Assembly (NCBI GenBank): GCA_015232575.1
Contig: JADFZL010000004.1
Coordinates: forward strand, 14,381 to 78,380
Length of the DNA: 64,000 nt
From: Candidatus Rifleibacteriota bacterium
GTDB taxonomy: Bacteria > Muiribacteriota > Ozemobacteria > Ozemobacterales > Ozemobacteraceae
Direction of reading: 5' to 3'
Shown here: one piece after another, positions 1 through 9,548 of the stretch
Position numbering within the stretch: position 1 is the stretch's first letter
Layout: each line of letters starts with the position of its first letter
The notes under the pieces: model-generated
Database searches by the model: none
What the model saw: only the letters and a program-made list of their open reading frames with translations
Told to the model about the DNA's origin: nothing
Made by a program: the position numbers and the translations under genes

Positions 1-184
1 TCATTGCTGGGAAGCCCGCGCTGAATACAACCATGACCGCAAGGAATTCTGGATCGAGTTCTATATGAAGTCTTACCCGGACAGCACTGGAAGATTCAGA
101 TATGGTGCCGATACGAACAGACTGGAAGCAAAACTTGCGGCATTTGATCAAATGACCCAGAGATACGACCAGTACAACCGCTAA
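1..184 (+). CDS. 3' end of a gene entering the window; probable LptD-like LPS-assembly outer-membrane protein (partial)
   Basis: Frame 2 is open from base 2 to TAA at 182-184: HCWEARAEYNHDRKEFWIEFYMKSYPDSTGRFRYGADTNRLEAKLAAFDQMTQRYDQYNR*. The HCW motif followed by alternating aromatic strands resembles the last beta-strands of LptD-family proteins. Only 60 aa are visible. Confidence 0.45.
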   Translation, partial: HCWEARAEYNHDRKEFWIEFYMKSYPDSTGRFRYGADTNRLEAKLAAFDQMTQRYDQYNR

Positions 185-190
185 CCGCGA

Positions 191-514
191 CAAGAAAAGA
201 CAAGATTTTTGTCCGCAGATTACGCAGATTATGCAGATTTTCAAGCTTTAAGCTTAAAGAAGATAAAGAGATTAAAAAGATTAAAGGAGATTGTAGTAAT
301 GTTGCTGAGCAGATATAAAAAACACGATTTTCTCTCAGTTTTTCTCTGTGCCTCTGCGTGAGATATATCTTTTCTTCAGCAGCGTGCTACAGTGTCGATT
401 AAAGGGCACTGGGGTGTGAAATAAATCATCCATATCTCATCTTTAATCTTAATCTGCGAAATCTGTGTAATCTGCGGATAGCTTTTTCTTTTATCTTGAA
501 TCTTGAATCTTTAC
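191..514. repeat. Intergenic two-armed repeat element built from GCAGATT units (REP/MITE-like)
   Basis: tccgcagattacgcagattatgcagatt (212-239) and aatctgcgaaatctgtgtaatctgcgga (451-478) form an inverted repeat (25/28 match). Homologous arms recur at 41884-42145 and 48351-48421. The element lies between convergent genes. Confidence 0.8.
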
Positions 515-537
515 ATCAATTTAAGAAAATGTTGATT

Positions 538-2370
538 TTATTTCGTGCCGATTGGTGGATATGGTTGCGACGATGGCGTCGAAGATGTCTGGTCGGGCGG
601 AGTTGCGGATGCATCAGCAGATTTCTTTTTATCATCTGGAATAAGCGGTGGATATGGCTGCGTACTCTGCGTTGAACCGTGGGTATGTGCATCGCCGCAG
701 GCGCCGTCAAATCTTTCCTCGCCTTCTTCTTTTATCAGAACAAGTTCTTCTGAATCAGGGCTCTTCTCAAACCACTGATCAATTCTCTTTTCAAAAGCTT
801 TCAGAAATGCATCAACGCAAATTGGATCAAACTGCCTTCCAGAGAATTTCTTAAGTTCTTCAAGAGCAACATCAATACTGAGCCCTTTTCGATAAGGTCG
901 GTTGGAAGTCATTGCATCAAAAGCGTCAGCAACGCAGATTATTCGGCCTATAAGAGGAATTTCTTCTGCTTTGAGATGCGCAGGATATCCGCGTCCATCA
1001 AAATATTCGTGGTGGTGAAGAACTCCAGGTATTTTATCTGCAAGAAAATCAACCGGCTTGAGAATTTCTGCACCAATTACCGGATGCCGCTTGATCATTG
1101 TATATTCTTCGTCCGTCAGGCGTTCAGGTTTTCCGATAATGCTGTCTTTTATTCCGATTTTTCCAACGTCATGAAGAAGTCCGGCATATTTGATATTTTC
1201 AATCTCTTTCTTTTCCAGAAGCATTTCTTCTGCTATTGCAACAGAATAATTTGTAACACGTCTTGAATGACCGTGAGTATAAGGATCTTTGGCGTCTATA
1301 GCCGTTGCCAGAACGTCAACCGTAGAAAGATAAACGTTTTGAATGTATTTGTACAATCCGGCAATGTTTTCATATAGTCTGGCATTGTCAATTGCTGATA
1401 CAGCCTGGTTTGCAACAGCCTGCAGCATTTCAACATCGTGTTCATTGAATGGAATATCGCCGGTGCGGTTTAATACCTGAAGAACGCCGACAACTTCATC
1501 TTTCAGACACATTGGAACGCAAATCATTGACTTTGTTATGAAGCCTGAATTCTTGTCGGCCTGTTTAAAAAACCTTGGATCAGTCGATGTATCAGGGACA
1601 ATAACAGGTTTATTTTCTTTTGCACACCATCCCGAAAGGCCGGTTCCCATGGGAAGCCTTATTTCCTTGAGCTTGGCACCAACTTTCGCATCTCCCTGAA
1701 CTATGTGAAAATATAGTTCGTTTGTTACCTTATCAACAAGATAAACGGTTGAAGTCTCACAGCGCATTACTTTTGTTGCCATTCCCATGATTTTGTTGAG
1801 AAGTTGGTTAAGATCAAGAGTTGAGGATATTGCTTCACCAACTTGCAGCAAGGTTGTAAGCTCTGCCATTTGAAGCTTGATAAGCTCAATTTCCATGAAT
1901 CTGGAAATTGCGTCGCCTGCCATATCACGGAAAATAGGCAAATATTGCGCGCTTTCACCGGAATCAGAACCGTGAGTAAGTATCATAGCGCCAAACGATG
2001 ACTCAGCAGGTCCTATTGGAACAAATGAATACGGAGTTCCATTTCTGGATTCAACTTCTTCGCGGCTGATCGGAAGAGAATTTATTTTGGCATCGGCAAA
2101 CTTTTTGCACATTGATGCGAGGAAATTAGCATCACACCCATCATTGAATCTTACTCGCGCAGTTTTTATTGCGGCATCATAAAATATCAGCGCAAATCCT
2201 CTTTTCCCTGATAATTGATATGCCGTTTTACTTAAAATGGCAAGAAGAGCATCAGTGTCATTGCCGTGCGCAAGAATAGACTTCTGAGCTTCGTAGAAGA
2301 CCCGAATGGTCTCAAGATTTAAATTTTCGGCACTAGACAACCTTTTGCTCCAGATATTTCCTGAAATCAA
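538..2370 (-). CDS. GAF + HD-GYP domain protein, probable cyclic di-nucleotide (c-di-GMP) phosphodiesterase
   Basis: GAF domain (LPMGTGLSGW...DPRF...SMICVPM...GVLQVLN), then DPYTHGHS, LLHDVGKIG, HHEYFDGRGYP, DAFDAMTSNRPYR. TTG start. Disordered C-terminal tail. Confidence 0.9.
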   Translation of the reverse strand: MISGNIWSKRLSSAENLNLETIRVFYEAQKSILAHGNDTDALLAILSKTAYQLSGKRGFALIFYDAAIKTARVRFNDGCDANFLASMCKKFADAKINSLPISREEVESRNGTPYSFVPIGPAESSFGAMILTHGSDSGESAQYLPIFRDMAGDAISRFMEIELIKLQMAELTTLLQVGEAISSTLDLNQLLNKIMGMATKVMRCETSTVYLVDKVTNELYFHIVQGDAKVGAKLKEIRLPMGTGLSGWCAKENKPVIVPDTSTDPRFFKQADKNSGFITKSMICVPMCLKDEVVGVLQVLNRTGDIPFNEHDVEMLQAVANQAVSAIDNARLYENIAGLYKYIQNVYLSTVDVLATAIDAKDPYTHGHSRRVTNYSVAIAEEMLLEKKEIENIKYAGLLHDVGKIGIKDSIIGKPERLTDEEYTMIKRHPVIGAEILKPVDFLADKIPGVLHHHEYFDGRGYPAHLKAEEIPLIGRIICVADAFDAMTSNRPYRKGLSIDVALEELKKFSGRQFDPICVDAFLKAFEKRIDQWFEKSPDSEELVLIKEEGEERFDGACGDAHTHGSTQSTQPYPPLIPDDKKKSADASATPPDQTSSTPSSQPYPPIGTK

Positions 2371-2664
2371 TTACTTCTTTCAAAAGTAAATCCCTAAAAT
2401 GTGTTCCAGTAAATTTATACCACAAGTATAACAAAAAGACACGATTCAAATGAAAGATTACAAAAAATATTTTACCATGATCTCAATATTTTTTCAGCTT
2501 TCTTTTTAAAGTAAACAAGAATATGCCGAAAACAGCTGCTTATAACCTACAGAAAGGTTTGTGAAAAAAATCGCATAAAGTTTTTCAGCGAAGAAGAACA
2601 TATATTCTGTGTATCAACATTGATGAGAAGAGAGTTTCAGAAAATATTTTTCCCATAGATTTTA

Positions 2665-3441
2665 TTATAACATACTCCCCGAAATTTTCAGATCAGATAT
2701 TCCTTTTTTTTCATCAAGTGAAAAAGACAAATATTCGGAAATGATTTTCCCTGTCGGAGGCGTGTATTCTATGTGATTTTTTTCGTGGAATTTTTGCCAC
2801 CAGTCTTCCGGATTCCATCCACAAATGTTCTTTTCACATCCGATTGTACCGATGTCTAGCGCAAAAAATCTTTCCGGAGATTTCTCAAGCAGATTAGCTG
2901 AATTTCCCATTCCCACTCCTGTAATAAATATTCGGTGCGGCAAATTTCCCAAATACCATGCGATAGCTTTTTTCAATGGAATGTCTGTTCCGGAGATGAA
3001 AACGAAAATTGGATAGTCATCCTGTTTTGATCCAATCCAATTAACAAAAACCTTTACCGGATCATCTGAAGGCTGGCGATCATTTGGAGTTGAAAGAGCG
3101 GCAATCCAGAACTTTGTTCCTTCATGCTCATGCAGAACTGCGCCTGCTCCTGGTGCTTTTCCAGGTAAATTCAGCGGTCTGACGAACATCTGCGGGTAAC
3201 TGTTCAAATAATCTCGTACAGCAGATCTTATTACGGCGTTTTCTCCGAGAATAACTGCATTTAACCCAGAATCAAACAAACTATCAAAGAAACCTTTTAT
3301 ATCAGGCTCTGTTAAAAGAATTTTATTTAGAAAAACAGTTATGAACGGAGAACCGGAACTGCGCAATCTCTTTAACCAGGCGCGAAGTGTTCCATAAGGA
3401 AGTTGGTGAAGTAATTCACTTAAAAAAAGGAAGTCAGCCAT
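2665..3441 (-). CDS. YmdB/TIGR00282-like calcineurin-fold protein with degenerate metal-binding motifs
   Basis: Length (258 aa) and motifs RPLNLPGKAPGAG, DDP, KKAIAWYL and LDIGTIG are colinear with YmdB RPANYP..PG.G, DCPF, EK.A.G.YL and TDVGMTG. The metal-ligand motifs are replaced. Confidence 0.6.
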   Translation of the reverse strand: MADFLFLSELLHQLPYGTLRAWLKRLRSSGSPFITVFLNKILLTEPDIKGFFDSLFDSGLNAVILGENAVIRSAVRDYLNSYPQMFVRPLNLPGKAPGAGAVLHEHEGTKFWIAALSTPNDRQPSDDPVKVFVNWIGSKQDDYPIFVFISGTDIPLKKAIAWYLGNLPHRIFITGVGMGNSANLLEKSPERFFALDIGTIGCEKNICGWNPEDWWQKFHEKNHIEYTPPTGKIISEYLSFSLDEKKGISDLKISGSML

Positions 3442-3460
3442 ATTCAGGAATTATAGCACA

Positions 3461-4966
3461 TCAGTATAATGCATTCCAACTGAAAAAAAGTGTTTTCTCA
3501 ATTATGTCATTCACTTCATAAAGTGAGTGAATTTCTTTATTATCCTGATAACCCAGCTCCAGGGAATTGTATTTGTCTAATCTCTTTTCCAGCGACGTTT
3601 TCCAGAGATGTTCCACACGGGAAGAATAGAATAAATTTTCATAATCAAGAAAATCCCAGTCATTCCATTCTGTTTTGAGGTGGAAGATAAAACTGTCTGT
3701 CAGGAGATAGAAAAAATCAAGAGCTGCGTAAAAATGGTCTGAATCAGAATAAAAAATGCGCGGAAAGCCATATCTGATCTGTGACTCCTTCAAAAATAAA
3801 TTTATTCCGGTGCTGTCCTGAAAATAATCGCTCTCCCAGGTTAATGAATTGATTCTGAAATCCTGTTCTTTTCTGTTTACGTGTCCATATTGCTCATTTG
3901 AAAATACACATGAATGAAGAATTCTTTTCCTGGGTGAGTTTGTCAATCCAAGTGTAAATCTGTTGAAACTGTGGTCAAAAAGATAATGCTGTTCACTTTC
4001 CCGACTGTGCTTTCTCTGATACCAGGTATCTTCAAGAATCAGATCTGTCTGGAAATTTATCTGATAATTTCCCGAAAAAGTCAGTGATGGCTGGTAATAT
4101 CCATTGTCTATCTGAGTTCTTTTTCTGGTTCGTACATCACTTGTTAGTCTCAGGGAAATATCGCCGTGTATCGGCTCAGCAAGATATTTTGCCTTTTCAT
4201 CAAGATCATTCGGATTTCTCGACCAGTTGGTGTAGTAATCAACTGCTTTTCCAGTATTCATTCCAGTTGGAGTTTTTCGAAAAGTTGACCGGTTGCCGCG
4301 CACGGAACTGCCGACTGGCCTGTAGTTAAATTTTTCTGGAACCAGAGTGAAAATATTTAATATGAACGCGCCTTCCTGATAGTCTAACGATCTGTCATTC
4401 GGAAACAACCGCTCTTCGTAACCACCTTCAGCTATTATTCCTGAATTGTTGTTAATGCGATGGTTGAAGGAAGCTTTTCCTATATTTGAGTCGAAATCAT
4501 ACCAGTTATCAAGAGGGAGTCTGTAGATGTTGTTCAACCAGGCGATTTCAAGAACATCTCTGCTTCCGATTGCCTGACCGAATTTTGCAGAAAAGAAATG
4601 ATCTGTTAAGCGGTATTTGCGGGTATCAGTTGAAAAGGAGTAATAATCTTCTGACTTGAACGCCTGAACATTAACATTTTCATGGAAATCGATATAGTTG
4701 CTTTCAGAAAAATCATATTTTAGTCTCAAATCAAACTTGTTTTCACTTCCGGCAAAACTTTTATCGTATTCTAATTTCTTCGTATTCCATGTTCCGGTTG
4801 CATTCGGATAAAACAATTCTCCGTAATTTCTGTAAGTGCTTTCTGTTATTGTTTTTGATTCATAATCTACTTTAAAATCAGCTTTTCCAGCATTTGTCCT
4901 TGCAGGGAACAGATAGCAGGCTGACAAACACACAACCATAAAAAAGAAATAAAATCGTAATTTCAT
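3461..4966 (-). CDS. Putative outer-membrane beta-barrel protein
   Basis: N-terminal signal peptide, Tyr/Phe/Asp/Asn-rich alternating strands, C-terminal aromatic beta-signal-like end (LFFSWNALY). Confidence 0.65.
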   Translation of the reverse strand: MKLRFYFFFMVVCLSACYLFPARTNAGKADFKVDYESKTITESTYRNYGELFYPNATGTWNTKKLEYDKSFAGSENKFDLRLKYDFSESNYIDFHENVNVQAFKSEDYYSFSTDTRKYRLTDHFFSAKFGQAIGSRDVLEIAWLNNIYRLPLDNWYDFDSNIGKASFNHRINNNSGIIAEGGYEERLFPNDRSLDYQEGAFILNIFTLVPEKFNYRPVGSSVRGNRSTFRKTPTGMNTGKAVDYYTNWSRNPNDLDEKAKYLAEPIHGDISLRLTSDVRTRKRTQIDNGYYQPSLTFSGNYQINFQTDLILEDTWYQRKHSRESEQHYLFDHSFNRFTLGLTNSPRKRILHSCVFSNEQYGHVNRKEQDFRINSLTWESDYFQDSTGINLFLKESQIRYGFPRIFYSDSDHFYAALDFFYLLTDSFIFHLKTEWNDWDFLDYENLFYSSRVEHLWKTSLEKRLDKYNSLELGYQDNKEIHSLYEVNDIIEKTLFFSWNALY

Positions 4967-5077
4967 TTTGCTGCTTTCTGATTAATAAATTAATTGCCGA
5001 TAACATCATTCATATTCGAAAGTACACAATGCCCTGCAAAGAGGTTGATATGCATCATAAAATGTGTTTGACCGGCG

Positions 5078-5099
5078 AGAGGGGGCGTGTGCCCCCTCT
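5078..5099. other. GC-rich hairpin downstream of the small minus-strand ORF
   Basis: agagggggc-gtgt-gccccctct is a perfect 9-bp stem. There is no U-tract after it on the minus strand, so it is not a canonical terminator. Confidence 0.45.
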
Positions 5100-5114
5100 A
5101 AAAAATATGCCTCT

Positions 5115-5267
5115 CTAAAAAATATCGTCTTGCTCTTCATCTTTGTCCGGTCCAAAAGGAGAATGATTTGAATCGAAAAGCGGATACCTTTCCTTGATGA
5201 AAGCAATGAAATCAAGAAGAGAAGCGGAATAATCACTCCAGACTGGTTTCCATTCAGAATTCTTCAT
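5115..5267 (-). CDS. Small hypothetical protein (50 aa, MKNSEWKPVW...DEEQDDIF)
   Basis: Strong Shine-Dalgarno (GGAGGGAG) just before the ATG at 5267. It lies on the same strand as both flanking genes and has an acidic C-terminus. Confidence 0.55.
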   Translation of the reverse strand: MKNSEWKPVWSDYSASLLDFIAFIKERYPLFDSNHSPFGPDKDEEQDDIF

Positions 5268-5324
5268 ACTCCCTCCTGCACTGAAATGAAAATTAATACT
5301 ATCGTTACAATACAAACCTAGAAT

Positions 5325-8018
5325 TTAACCAGCTTTCAGAGTCGACAATGCTTTTTCAACACATTCGACTTCTTCAAGTGGAACAGGGTTTTTCAGATAA
5401 TTTCGCAGAATTTCTTCTGCTCCCTTGAGATTCTGCTCAGCGATTGCAGATATAGCGCTTTTCCTGATCAGTTGTTCCGGATCATTGAGCAAGCCTTTCA
5501 AGATAGTCTGTGCCCATGGAAACTTGATTGATTTAAGTACGAATACGGCTGAATCCCTCATGGGAACCTGAGAATCCTCAGCCATAAGCTTAATATTCTT
5601 GTCTGCCTGGGGAATCTTCCACTTATGAAGTGCCTTGAGGGCGTTTCCTCTTATTCGGTTGTCAGTATCATTAATAAAAATCATAAGGTGATTTATTGCT
5701 TCCGAATCATCATTTGTTTCGAGTGCTTCTATTGCGTTGGCACGAGTTCTTGAATTCTGGTGAGACAGAAATTTAATAAGTACTGGAGTAAGCAATCTTG
5801 ATTTGAGATTTCCAATGAATTTTAACACTGTTGACAAAGTCTGTGGTGGAAGGTTTCTTTCAAGATATGTTTTCCAAACGGGAACTTCTGCCGCTGAAGA
5901 CTGCTTGATCAGCGCTTGAATTAAATCAAACGATACCTCATCTGGAAGCTCTGAAATCCTGTCTGCAAGAGGAGTAATATTCTCTTTACTTTCGACTTCA
6001 CTCTTAATTCCAGAAGGAACTTTGTCAGAAACCTTTTTAGGAGTTTCAAATTCGATGCCAGCTGCCACATAGAACTTCCGGCATTTTATTCCGACCTCTC
6101 TGACATGATTTCTGGCTTTTTCAGCCCAATATCTGTCAGGAGATTTTCCTTCAGTAATTATTTCAGTGAGAACTTTTTCAATCAGCTCAAAACCCTGCGA
6201 ACTGAAGTTTCCACGCTCAATGAGTTTTCCCATCTCAGTAATTCGGCCATCACCCTTAGCTTTTCCAATTCTTTCCAGAGTAAGCTTTTCTTCTTCTGCG
6301 AGTTCCTTATCTACATCAGAAAAAATGCTGTTGAAGGAAACCTGAACATCTGTTTTTTTGTTTATCAGTCTTGAAATAAACTCTTCTTCAAATCTTCCCG
6401 CTGCAATATATCCTTTACATATTTTCTGAAATACACTTTCTGATTTGGAAATTTCCCATAACCGCATGAGAAGATTCAGTGTCTCCTGAGCAAATTCAGC
6501 CGAAGGACGCCCGAGATAGGCATCTTTGAGCAATTCAACCATTGCAGAATCATCTGGAAACTCTTCAAGATATCTTTTCAAAACCACGTCAAACGAGTAG
6601 CGAATATTCTTGCTTTCTTTGACATAATCTCCAAATTGCTTCAGAGTGTCTTTGTCATGGCTGTGAATCAGACAAAACCCTGCAACCGTCTCTGCCTGCC
6701 TGGCATTCCATGATTTTTGCTGCAGGTAATGCCTGCCCAGCATTTCTGTTGCTAACTTGTTTTTCGGGGAGAGATCAAGAAGCGTCAGAGAATATCTCTC
6801 CGCTTTTGGAAAGTTCTTTGATTTAAAAGCAGCTTCAGTGAGCATTTCAAGATGGGCAATTCTTTCATCTTTTTCAAGAAATACTCCAAGCTTTTTTTCA
6901 AGTCTTGCCAATGCACGCGCTGGAAATTTGTTCATCAAAAACCTGATAAAATGCATGTCCAGCATTTCGAGGAATCCAAAAAATACAGTAAAAAGGAAAC
7001 CAACAACAGTTATTCCGATCAAAATCAGAACGGCTGTCATTATTCTGCGTTTTGTTTTCTGTTCAAAAGTTTTTCTGGCTAGAACAAGCGTTGGGTGCTT
7101 GGGAGAAACTGATGCAGCCAGATCCATATACTTTAGAGCTTCTTTTTCATTGCTTTTCTTTATAGCTTCAAGTGCCTGTATCATTTGTCCCCAGAATGAT
7201 TTTGGATTCTGTAAAAGAAGCATTTTTGCCTGTTCAGAAACATTCTCTGAAGGAATACGGTCTAAAAAGTAATCGCACGCGAATGACATCTCAAGGAGTT
7301 TCAAACTGTATTTTTCATTTTCTGAAAAATGCGGATTCTGATTAAGACAAACTCTTAAGGCGCCCCAGTCTTCTTTTTCGAAAAGCTCCAGTGCAGTTTT
7401 CCACTTCTCTGCAACACTTCCCTTGGATAGACGCAGATGATGCTCAATTGATAAGAGCCGTTGTTTTTGATCGCGGGTTGCACTATTCATTGCAATGAGC
7501 TTTTTAATTATTTCAGACTCAGTCGCCAGATCTCGCTCTGACTCAGCTTTTTGTAACTTCTGGTTCAATTCGATAACAATAGCATCATTTGGTGAAGATA
7601 ATTTTGGTTCATTTACTGTTTCGGGAGGTGGCTGCTGCAAATCAGCAGGTTTTTGAGGAAGGGTTTCCGCAGGCAAAACCCCGGTTGTTGAAGAGTTAAA
7701 TCCAACCATCTGCGGGGTTTCCAGATTAACCGTAGAAGATCCAGTTTTTGCAGGTATATTGGTGACTACATTTGCTGAAACAGATGCTGTAGCTGTTGCA
7801 GGAGAATCTGGAATATTTTCTGGCGTTTTTGCCGGAGAGACTGCAGGTTTCACTTTTTCTGTTTTACTTGTTTTAGCGGAAGTCTTTGTAGTCTTTCCTT
7901 TCTTAGAGGTTTTCTTTGCAGCTTCTAATTCGGCTCCAGAATAAAAAAATACAAGACAAAAAGCCGCCAATGCAGCTTTTGCAATTGCTTGAAAATAAAA
8001 ACGTTTTAATTTTGTCAT
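5325..8018 (-). CDS. Signal peptide / TPR-like / single TM / TPR-like / C-terminal HEAT-repeat membrane protein
   Basis: Signal peptide, K/T/P-rich linker, helical repeats, TM segment IMTAVLILIGITVVGFLFTVFFGFL, C-terminal HEAT repeats (RTRANAIEALE, NRIRGNALKAL, LIRKSAISAIA). Paralog of 59042-63331. Confidence 0.75.
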   Translation of the reverse strand: MTKLKRFYFQAIAKAALAAFCLVFFYSGAELEAAKKTSKKGKTTKTSAKTSKTEKVKPAVSPAKTPENIPDSPATATASVSANVVTNIPAKTGSSTVNLETPQMVGFNSSTTGVLPAETLPQKPADLQQPPPETVNEPKLSSPNDAIVIELNQKLQKAESERDLATESEIIKKLIAMNSATRDQKQRLLSIEHHLRLSKGSVAEKWKTALELFEKEDWGALRVCLNQNPHFSENEKYSLKLLEMSFACDYFLDRIPSENVSEQAKMLLLQNPKSFWGQMIQALEAIKKSNEKEALKYMDLAASVSPKHPTLVLARKTFEQKTKRRIMTAVLILIGITVVGFLFTVFFGFLEMLDMHFIRFLMNKFPARALARLEKKLGVFLEKDERIAHLEMLTEAAFKSKNFPKAERYSLTLLDLSPKNKLATEMLGRHYLQQKSWNARQAETVAGFCLIHSHDKDTLKQFGDYVKESKNIRYSFDVVLKRYLEEFPDDSAMVELLKDAYLGRPSAEFAQETLNLLMRLWEISKSESVFQKICKGYIAAGRFEEEFISRLINKKTDVQVSFNSIFSDVDKELAEEEKLTLERIGKAKGDGRITEMGKLIERGNFSSQGFELIEKVLTEIITEGKSPDRYWAEKARNHVREVGIKCRKFYVAAGIEFETPKKVSDKVPSGIKSEVESKENITPLADRISELPDEVSFDLIQALIKQSSAAEVPVWKTYLERNLPPQTLSTVLKFIGNLKSRLLTPVLIKFLSHQNSRTRANAIEALETNDDSEAINHLMIFINDTDNRIRGNALKALHKWKIPQADKNIKLMAEDSQVPMRDSAVFVLKSIKFPWAQTILKGLLNDPEQLIRKSAISAIAEQNLKGAEEILRNYLKNPVPLEEVECVEKALSTLKAG

Positions 8019-8258
8019 TCAAAAAAGTCCCCTTTTTTTGATGCTCCCATCTATATTGTAATCGGTAAAACAGGATTTATTATGAATTAATTTTTCACAG
8101 GCTGTCATAATATTAAAAAAAAATCATTTTCACTGATTGAAATTTTATTTTGTTATGACGATGAACTGACGGAAGACTAAACTAAAATGATCTCTCTGGG
8201 GAATTCTAACTCATAGTAAAAACGCTGGGACATAAATTAATTTTCAGGAGATTGCCGC

Positions 8259-9470
8259 TTGTCGCGCTTTATTGAATTCAATCAGAAGCTTTATTTCCGT
8301 TTCTGTCAGTTATCAGCGGCAATTTTAATGATACTGGTGGCAGAATTGTTTTTTTGTCCGGAAATAATATATGCAGGAATCAAACAGGAAAATAAGATTG
8401 AACGGGAAGAGAAGAATACGAGTTCTGATTTCTCTTTCTACAGGGAAAAATCTGTACAATCAGTAATTTATACTCATACAACGCCATTTCTTCGCAATGA
8501 ATTCAATTTCAGACATGTTTCTTACAAGTTTATTCCAGCGCCATGGTTTTTTCTTCCCGCACCCGAACAGCACACTACTTCTAATCAGCTTTGGCAGGCA
8601 TCTTTCAGCGGATATAATCTTACAGCTCCAATAGAATTCAAGGTTGGAAGAATATGGGCTGGAAACGAAACCTACAGGCCTGTAGACGGAGGATTCTTCG
8701 AATATAAGTGGGGTAACAGACTTTCATCAAACTTTCTTGTCGGAAAATCAGCTGCTGTAGATAATACTGCCAATCTATCTTATCCTGCAGTGTTTGAGGG
8801 ACAGTTGCGATATCGCTTTAATGAAAATGCTTTTCTCACGGCGGGAACCGGCCAGAGACAGGATAATTCTCATTCTATAGTGCAGATGGGCTATTCCATG
8901 GATGTTTTCAGGGTTATTGGCGAGTATAAAACTCATCAGGCATCAGAAACTTGGGGACTGAATCTGCATTACTTTACTTCACGCAAAATGGATCTAATTG
9001 GCAGTTATCGGCTTGAAGAAGGGCATGGTGTTAAGAATGGCAATATGCGTGCACTTCTTGGCTATGATATGGGGAAAGTATATCTGGAGGGCGGAACAGG
9101 TCTAAAATTTGAACCCGGACAACTTAGAAAGGAGAACAACAGCTACTACGAAAGTTCTATTACCTGGGGGCAGCCTAATCTAGGATTAGATGGAATCACT
9201 CTCGGATATCTCTTCGAACGTGGAAATGCCTCTGCAGCGCGTACGATCACTGGAACAGCAGAAAAGAGAGTTTCAAAGCAGACAAGAATAATTGTTGATT
9301 TATCAAACACAAGATTTGAAGACAGCGGAGAAAGTCTGCAGAATATAGATAGTCGTCTCTGGAGGAAAGTTGAATGGGGATTCTATGAACTTTCGTTCGG
9401 ATTTATCACCGGTTCAACTGTTGAATCACTCCAGAAAGAAGCAAAAATTAGAGCAAGTATGGAATTTTAA
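8259..9470 (+). CDS. Putative outer-membrane beta-barrel protein
   Basis: Hydrophobic N-terminal leader, alternating Gly/aromatic strands (e.g. FKVGRIW, LRYRFNE, LLGYDMG), terminal Phe (ASMEF). TTG start with GGAG upstream. Confidence 0.55.
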   Translation: MSRFIEFNQKLYFRFCQLSAAILMILVAELFFCPEIIYAGIKQENKIEREEKNTSSDFSFYREKSVQSVIYTHTTPFLRNEFNFRHVSYKFIPAPWFFLPAPEQHTTSNQLWQASFSGYNLTAPIEFKVGRIWAGNETYRPVDGGFFEYKWGNRLSSNFLVGKSAAVDNTANLSYPAVFEGQLRYRFNENAFLTAGTGQRQDNSHSIVQMGYSMDVFRVIGEYKTHQASETWGLNLHYFTSRKMDLIGSYRLEEGHGVKNGNMRALLGYDMGKVYLEGGTGLKFEPGQLRKENNSYYESSITWGQPNLGLDGITLGYLFERGNASAARTITGTAEKRVSKQTRIIVDLSNTRFEDSGESLQNIDSRLWRKVEWGFYELSFGFITGSTVESLQKEAKIRASMEF

Positions 9471-9548
9471 ATAAATTATTTTCTTGTCTTTACTGTTAAA
9501 AATTGGTTAAATGTTCTTAACACATAAAATTGGAGTCGAGAGAGAAAT

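Noticed and set aside
191..514. CRISPR array in the GCAGATT repeats, or in the 48-bp repeats at 39988-40200
   Set aside because: There is no repeat-spacer alternation and no cas gene. Units are 9 nt and contiguous, or in-frame coding repeats.
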